A stretch of 64,000 nt of DNA. Origin: Eledone cirrhosa (lineage: Eukaryota). This document shows positions 55,081-64,000 of the stretch, in pieces. Each line of letters begins with the position of its first letter. Position 1 is the stretch's first letter. Below the pieces are notes generated by a model. It saw nothing but the letters and a program-made list of their open reading frames with translations, made no database searches and was not told where the DNA came from. The stretch is from NCBI GenBank assembly GCA_964016885.1, contig OZ024744.1, positions 121,706,001 through 121,770,000 of the forward strand. Direction: 5' to 3'. The translations under genes and the position numbers were made by a program.

Positions 55081-55381
55081 CGTAGTGGAACTACGTCGCA
55101 CCTCGCAATAGCAACATTTTCATATGCAATAAGGTCAAACTGACCAATAGGAAGTTGTGTATGAATACATGGTCAATCTCACTCTCGCTCTCTGGTGAAA
55201 ACCCTCAGGGAGCACTCGAGAGACCAAACAGACCGAGCTGACCAGGAGATGATACAGACACGTGAAGATTTATTGTAAAATGATTCCAACATTCCTTTCG
55301 ACAAATAAAATTATATTTATAGAGGATTGAGCATTAAAGAGCCATTTATTTATATCCTGGAAGTCAGAAGCCTTTACTACC
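55081..55381 (+). repeat. Probable 3' LTR of the second Gypsy
   Basis: Starts (C)GTAGT right after the PPT, contains AATAAA, ends near ACTAC. The right boundary is approximate. Confidence 0.55.
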
Positions 55382-55419
55382 AATGAGAAGCTACCAACTC
55401 TTCGAAGACTGATAACATG

Positions 55420-55597
55420 CAATTATAAAAGGATATAGATAAAATTTAACACCTCATCTTAACTATAGCCTCAATACAAATCTTGAGAAGCTGGGCTTCA
55501 CAGGAACAGAAAGAACACAACTAGTTTGGAAATTACAAGTACAATCCATTAATGGAACAGTAAAAATATGTAAAACATTCCAAACATTTTGCATCTA
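55420..55597 (+). mobile_element. 3' fragment of an R4/Dong-type (RLE) LINE
   Basis: Translates as NLEKLGF...KLQVQSINGTVKICKTFQTFCI*, resembling R4-type C-termini (recalled). Confidence 0.55.
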
Positions 55598-55683
55598 ATA
55601 ACTGCATATCACATATACAGATATTAAGCATATACACATGCACGCATACAACACGTACACACGTACACACACACACACACTCT

Positions 55684-55717
<34 letters not shown>

Positions 55718-55859
55718 CATACACATACACATGTATACACACACACACACATACACACACACATATATATATGTATGTATATATAAAGGAAGGCAAGGCT
55801 CATGGAGAAGATGGAGTGGCATCATAGGTGATGAAGAGGTGTGATTTTGATGATATCAT

Positions 55860-56251
55860 CCTGGGGTTCTGTAACCAGGCACGGGAGAAAGAGTTGCCCC
55901 GAATCAGTGGAGGATCAGTAACATCGTCCCAGTGCCAAAGAAGGGAGATCTCTCTAACACCAACAACTACAGGGGAATCTAACTGACGTCACTTGTGGAA
56001 AAGATCCTCAACAGGATGATTCTTAACAGGATCCAGTCCGAGATGCAGAAGCAGCCCAGGGACAACCAGAACAGCTTCAGAGTGGGAAGATCAACCACCA
56101 GTCACATCCTGATGCTGAGGAGGTTATTAGAGGGAGATAGAGCAAAGTGCTTTCCTGCGGTCATGGTTTTCATTGACTTTAGGAAGGCCTTTGATTCTGT
56201 GGACCGTCACTGGCTTATGGAATCCCCAAGAAGATAGTAGACCTGATATCA
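55860..56251 (+). pseudogene. RT fragment of another RTE-group LINE
   Basis: IVPVPKKGDLSNTNNYRGI*L...QNSFRVGRST...FIDFRKAFDSV. Confidence 0.8.
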
Positions 56252-59200
56252 TGGGATCGTCTCAAAGCTGAAAAATCTTCCTTGTGGATTCAATGATCGG
56301 ATAATGTCCATGAGAGTCCCTCTGATTCAAAACCGCTTTGTGACTCTGGTCAGTGTGTACGCTCCTACTATGTGTGCTAGTGATGATGAAAAACTAAGTT
56401 TCAACATGTCTTTGAGAGAAGTCATCCATGGTGTACCTTATGCAGACAAGATTGTCATCCTTGGTGATTTTAATGCACTTGTTGGTAATGACTGGGAAGC
56501 TTGGAGTGTGATGGGCTGGCATGGATTAGGTAAGTGCAATAACAATGGCCTACTTCTGTTGCAGATGTGCACTGAAATGGATCTTGTTGTTGGGAACACG
56601 CTCTTTCAGCAGAAAGACAAATATAAGACAACTTGGATGCATCCAGGTTCCAAGAAGTGGCACCTTATTGACTTTGTTTTAACGAGGAAACGTGATATCA
56701 GGGATATCACATTGGTTCGTGTATTGCGAGGCATGGAATGTTGGACTGACAATCGTCTGGTGCGCGCCAAATTTCAATTTGTTGTGAAGCCCAAAGTAAG
56801 GGGGAAGAAGGTTGCACTTCCAAAACAACTAAACATGGCTTGTCTGAAAACAGAGAAAGTCAGAGCTGAGCTGTCGAGGTCCCTTGAGTCCATGGAATGT
56901 GAAAACACTTGGGAATCATTGAAGAAAACCGTCTATGATGTTAGTGCTGGAGTTTTGGGTCATAACAATAGAAAGCATAAAGACTCGTTCGATGAAAATG
57001 ATGCAGTGATCCAGACCTTGCTTGAAGAGAAACAAAAAGTGCTGACATCATTGTTGTGTGAGACACGTTCTGACAGGAGTGACCGGACCTTCAGGCAGGT
57101 CAAGGTACATGTGCAACATTGATTGAGAGCCATGCAGGATACCTGGTGGAACCAAAAGGCTGATGAAATCCAGAAGGCCTCAGATAGATATGATACAAAG
57201 CTCCTATACAGTCTGCTCAGGGAGGTGTATGGTCCGACCGGTTCACAAATATCACCACTTCGCTCCGGGGACGGCAAGGAATTGCTCAGAGATCCGAAGG
57301 AAATCCTGATCAGGTGGCTTGACCACTTTGATGAGCTTCTCAACAGACCATCAGAAATTGATGATGAGTTCATCCGGTCGATTCCATCCAGACCTACAAA
57401 GCTGGCAATGGCTGATCCTCCTTCATTTGATGAGGTGGCGAAGGCCATTGCCAAATTAAACAGCGACAAGTCACCTGGAATGGATGGACTGAGTGCCGAG
57501 ATTTTCAAGTGTTCTGGTGATAACTTCTTAAACCACCTCACTGATCTCTTTGTGAATGTTTGGAATGAAGAAGATGTGCCACAGGATTGGAAAGATGCAT
57601 TGATGGTGGTACTTTACAAAGTAAAGGGAGCCAAAGATGACTGTGGTAACTACAGAGGTATCTCGCTGCTATCTGTGGCTGGGAAGATCTTGTGCAGGAT
57701 TTTGTTGGACAGATTAATACAGCACGTTGCTGTTGAGGTATTTCCTGAGTCCCAATGTGGCTTTAAGAGGCACTGTTGACATTATATTCTCGGTCAAACA
57801 GCTTCAAGAGAAATGCATTGAGCAGCGCATGGACTTATACCAAGTTTTTGTCGATCTGACCAAGGTATTTGACACCGTTAATCGGAAGGCTTTCTGGGTT
57901 ATTTTGGAGAGATTGGGATGTCCTGAAAAGTGTGTGAACATTCTGAAACTCTTCCACGATGACATGCAGGCATGGGTGAATGCTGGAGGTAAACTGTCTG
58001 AGCCAATCTCGATTGAAAATGGTGTCATGCAGGGTGATATACCTGCACCAACTTTGTTTGCCTTGTATTTCGCAATGGTGTTCTTCATGGCCTTCAAGGA
58101 TTGTCAACACGGTATCTATCCCAGATATCGTACTTCCGGCAAGCTGTTTAACCTTAGGCGTCTCACTGCCAACACTAAGGTACTGAGTACCTTCATCAGA
58201 GAATTTTTATATGCAGATGATTGTGATCTCTTTGCACACTCCCAGAGTGACATGCAACACCTTATGGATTCTTTTTCCAATGCGTGCAGTGCTTTGGGAC
58301 TGACAATCAGTCTGAAGAAGACTGTCGTCATGTACCAACCTGCTCCGGATAAAGTTTTCAATGAACCCTCCATATACGTATACGGCGAAAAGCTGAAGGC
58401 TGCTGACACATTTGTGTATTTGGGGAGTACTCTGGATGCAGAAGTTGGTCTACGTGTTAGTAAGGCAAGTGAGTCATTTGGAAGGCTCAACTACCATCTT
58501 TGGTGCAGGCGAGGAATCACAATGAGGACCAAGGTGAGAGTGTATGCTGCATGTGTACTGTCAGCTTTGGTGTATGCGTGTGAGACATGGGTTGTCTACA
58601 AACGGCATATCCACAGACTGGAACGGTTTCACCAGCAGTGTCTCAGAAAGATACTTGGTATCAAGTGGCAGATACATGTGAGTGATGTTGAGGTCCTTGA
58701 GAGAAGTGAGTGTCGGAGCATTGAGAGTATCATCCACCAACGGCGTTTGCGATGGACCGGACATCTCTGCAGAATGGAGGATGATTGAATCCCAAAACAA
58801 CTTTTGTATGGCGAGCTTTGTGAGGGTAAGAGACCACCTCACAAGCCAAGGCTCCGATTCAAGGATTGTGTAAAGGACTCATTGAAAAAAACTGGTTTGA
58901 TGATGGCTGACTAGGAGATAGAAGCTCTTGAAAGAGAAACTTGGTGTGGAATGGTGAATGATGGGTTCCATAATTTTGAGGACAGACACATAGAGAAGAT
59001 CAAACGGAATGTGCGTAAGCAATGCCCTGGTATATCTCTCGAAACGATCAGTGTCTCCATTGGATTGAAGTAACCTGAGTGTGGAAAAATTTGCTTGAGC
59101 AAATCTGGTCTCAGGAGCCACAGTCGCAGCCATGTTCAAAGAGAACCAGTGAACTATGATCTCAACGGTGTTGTGAGAGTTCACGGGCAACCTGATGCAG

Positions 59201-59341
59201 GACCTCAAGCCAGGGAGATCCATAGTTGTCAGTGTGTGAAGGAGTGCAAGTCTCTAGCAAACTTGAAAAGCCATATCTGAGCGTCACACATCTGAATCTG
59301 ACAAGCGATTGCAATACTCTTGGCAGAGTTTGCAGCCATCA
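56252..59341 (+). mobile_element. RTE-clade (BovB-like) LINE: APE, RT and degenerate Zn fingers, decayed
   Basis: [53 protein letters not shown]. Terminus GCAGCCATC then (TA)n. Related to 23959-25598. Confidence 0.94.
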
Positions 59342-59351
59342 CATATATATG

Positions 59352-59415
<64 letters not shown>

Positions 59416-59617
59416 TATGTACACGTACATACATATATGTATACAGACGTACAGTAGTATGTATATATATATACATACATGCACACATATATATATGTAC
59501 GTATGGATTCACCGAACATTTATTATAATGCTCGATGTGTTTGTAAACAAACATCCCGTATTAAGCCGTAGTGTCTAGCAACCATCGTTGCTCGTTTGCT
59601 CAACACTGACAAAGGAA

Positions 59618-59658
59618 CGCTGTACTAGTTTCAAGCTTATTAGCTATCGTCAGCAACG
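59618..59658 (-). ncRNA. Type I hammerhead ribozyme, family A (intact)
   Basis: Reverse complement of 103-143. Confidence 0.85.
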
Positions 59659-60067
59659 TATACCTTCCTGCCAGATTGTTGAACGTATATACTTACCTTA
59701 TGCATATTAACGGCTGAGTAGCCCAATTTGCATATCGAGCGGGATGTTTGTTTACAAACACACCGAGCATTATAATAAATGTTCGGTGAATCCATACGTA
59801 CATATATATATATGTGTGCATGTATGTATATATATATATATATACATACTACTGTACGTCTGTATACATATATGTATGTACGTGTACATACTTATATTTA
59901 AGTAACAGCCGTACTAAGAGTGGGAAATGAAATTTCGTTTCATTTTTTCCGTTTATCATTTTCGGTGCACCCAGCCGATTAACCCACTCGATATGCAAAT
60001 TGGGCTACTCACCCGTTAATATGCATAAGGTAAGTATATACGTTCAACAATCTGGCAGGAAGGTATA

Positions 60068-60108
60068 CGTTGCTGACGATAGCTAATAAGCTTTAAACTA
60101 GTATAGCG
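60068..60108 (+). ncRNA. Family A hammerhead, probably inactive (GAAA to TAAA)
   Basis: CGTTG-CTGACGA-TAGCTAATAAGCTT-TAAA-CTAG-TA-TAGCG. Catalytic G12 is lost. Confidence 0.75.
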
Positions 60109-60362
60109 TTCCTTTGTCAGTGTTGAGCAAACGAGCAACGATGGTTGCTAGACACTACGGCTTAATACGGGATGTTTGTTTACAAACACATCGAGCATTA
60201 TAATAAATGTTCGGTGAATCCATACGTACATATATATATGTGAGCATGTATATATACATACTACTGTACGTCTGTATACATATATGTATGTACGTGTACA
60301 TACTTATATTTAAGTAACAGCCGTACTAAGAGTGGGAAATGAAATATCGTTTCATTTTTTCC

Positions 60363-63752
<3,390 letters not shown>

Positions 63753-63897
63753 ATATATATTAGAAAGTGAGGTTTTTTTTACAAAATGAAAAATAACCGA
63801 GGTGTCCAACACGAGTGAAAGTATAAAGAAAAAGAAATGAAATCGAAAATGCAACTGGAGTCTTATTTTAAAAAAAAATATATATATTTATTTGGTT

Positions 63898-63935
63898 CCT
63901 TTACCGGTTTCGCAGTTCTTCTGCTTTTCAAAAGG
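63898..63935 (-). ncRNA. Minimal hammerhead ribozyme, family F, U3-A8 variant
   Basis: Minus strand reads CCTT-TTGAAAA-GCAG(AAGAA)CTGC-GAAA-CCGG-TA-AAGG. Confidence 0.8.
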
Positions 63936-63942
63936 TGAGTTG

Positions 63943-64000
63943 AGATGGAGGGTCTGTGGTTTTTCTCACATCTGTGAGAAAAACCACAGACCCTCCATCT
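63943..64000. repeat. Perfect fold-back, 28-bp arms with 2-nt spacer, running to the window edge
   Basis: AGATGGAGGGTCTGTGGTTTTTCTCACA-TC-TGTGAGAAAAACCACAGACCCTCCATCT. Confidence 0.95.

Larger units (their letters stand above)
59410..60368. mobile_element. Family A non-coding HHR element: inverted partial copy plus ~1.5 tandem ~428-bp monomers
   Basis: 59410-59739 is inverted. Direct repeat starts at 59740 and 60168. (TA)n flanks. Confidence 0.88.

Overview
AT-rich eukaryotic repeat desert with no recognisable host gene. The SINE motifs resemble octopod cephalopod repeats, so a cephalopod host is inferred. Roughly a third of the window is (TA)nCA microsatellite, including a ~15 kb array with a hidden ~6.5 kb tandem duplication. 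The rest is transposable elements: three Penelope-like element (PLE) loci, CR1-, RTE-, L1/Tx1- and R4-type LINE remnants, two Gypsy LTR elements (one with both LTRs and a TSD), a Helitron with both termini, and SINEs. The most striking signal is non-coding. I count about 15 type I hammerhead ribozyme (HHR) motifs in about 8 sequence families, read by eye. Several lie in ORF-less 0.4-0.6 kb monomers that share one architecture: a monomer, a partial tandem copy and an inverted partial copy, embedded in (TA)n. These look like circular-RNA-templated, PLE-mobilised retrozyme-like elements. Three families carry a compensatory U3-A8 core variant. All folds are manual and untested.
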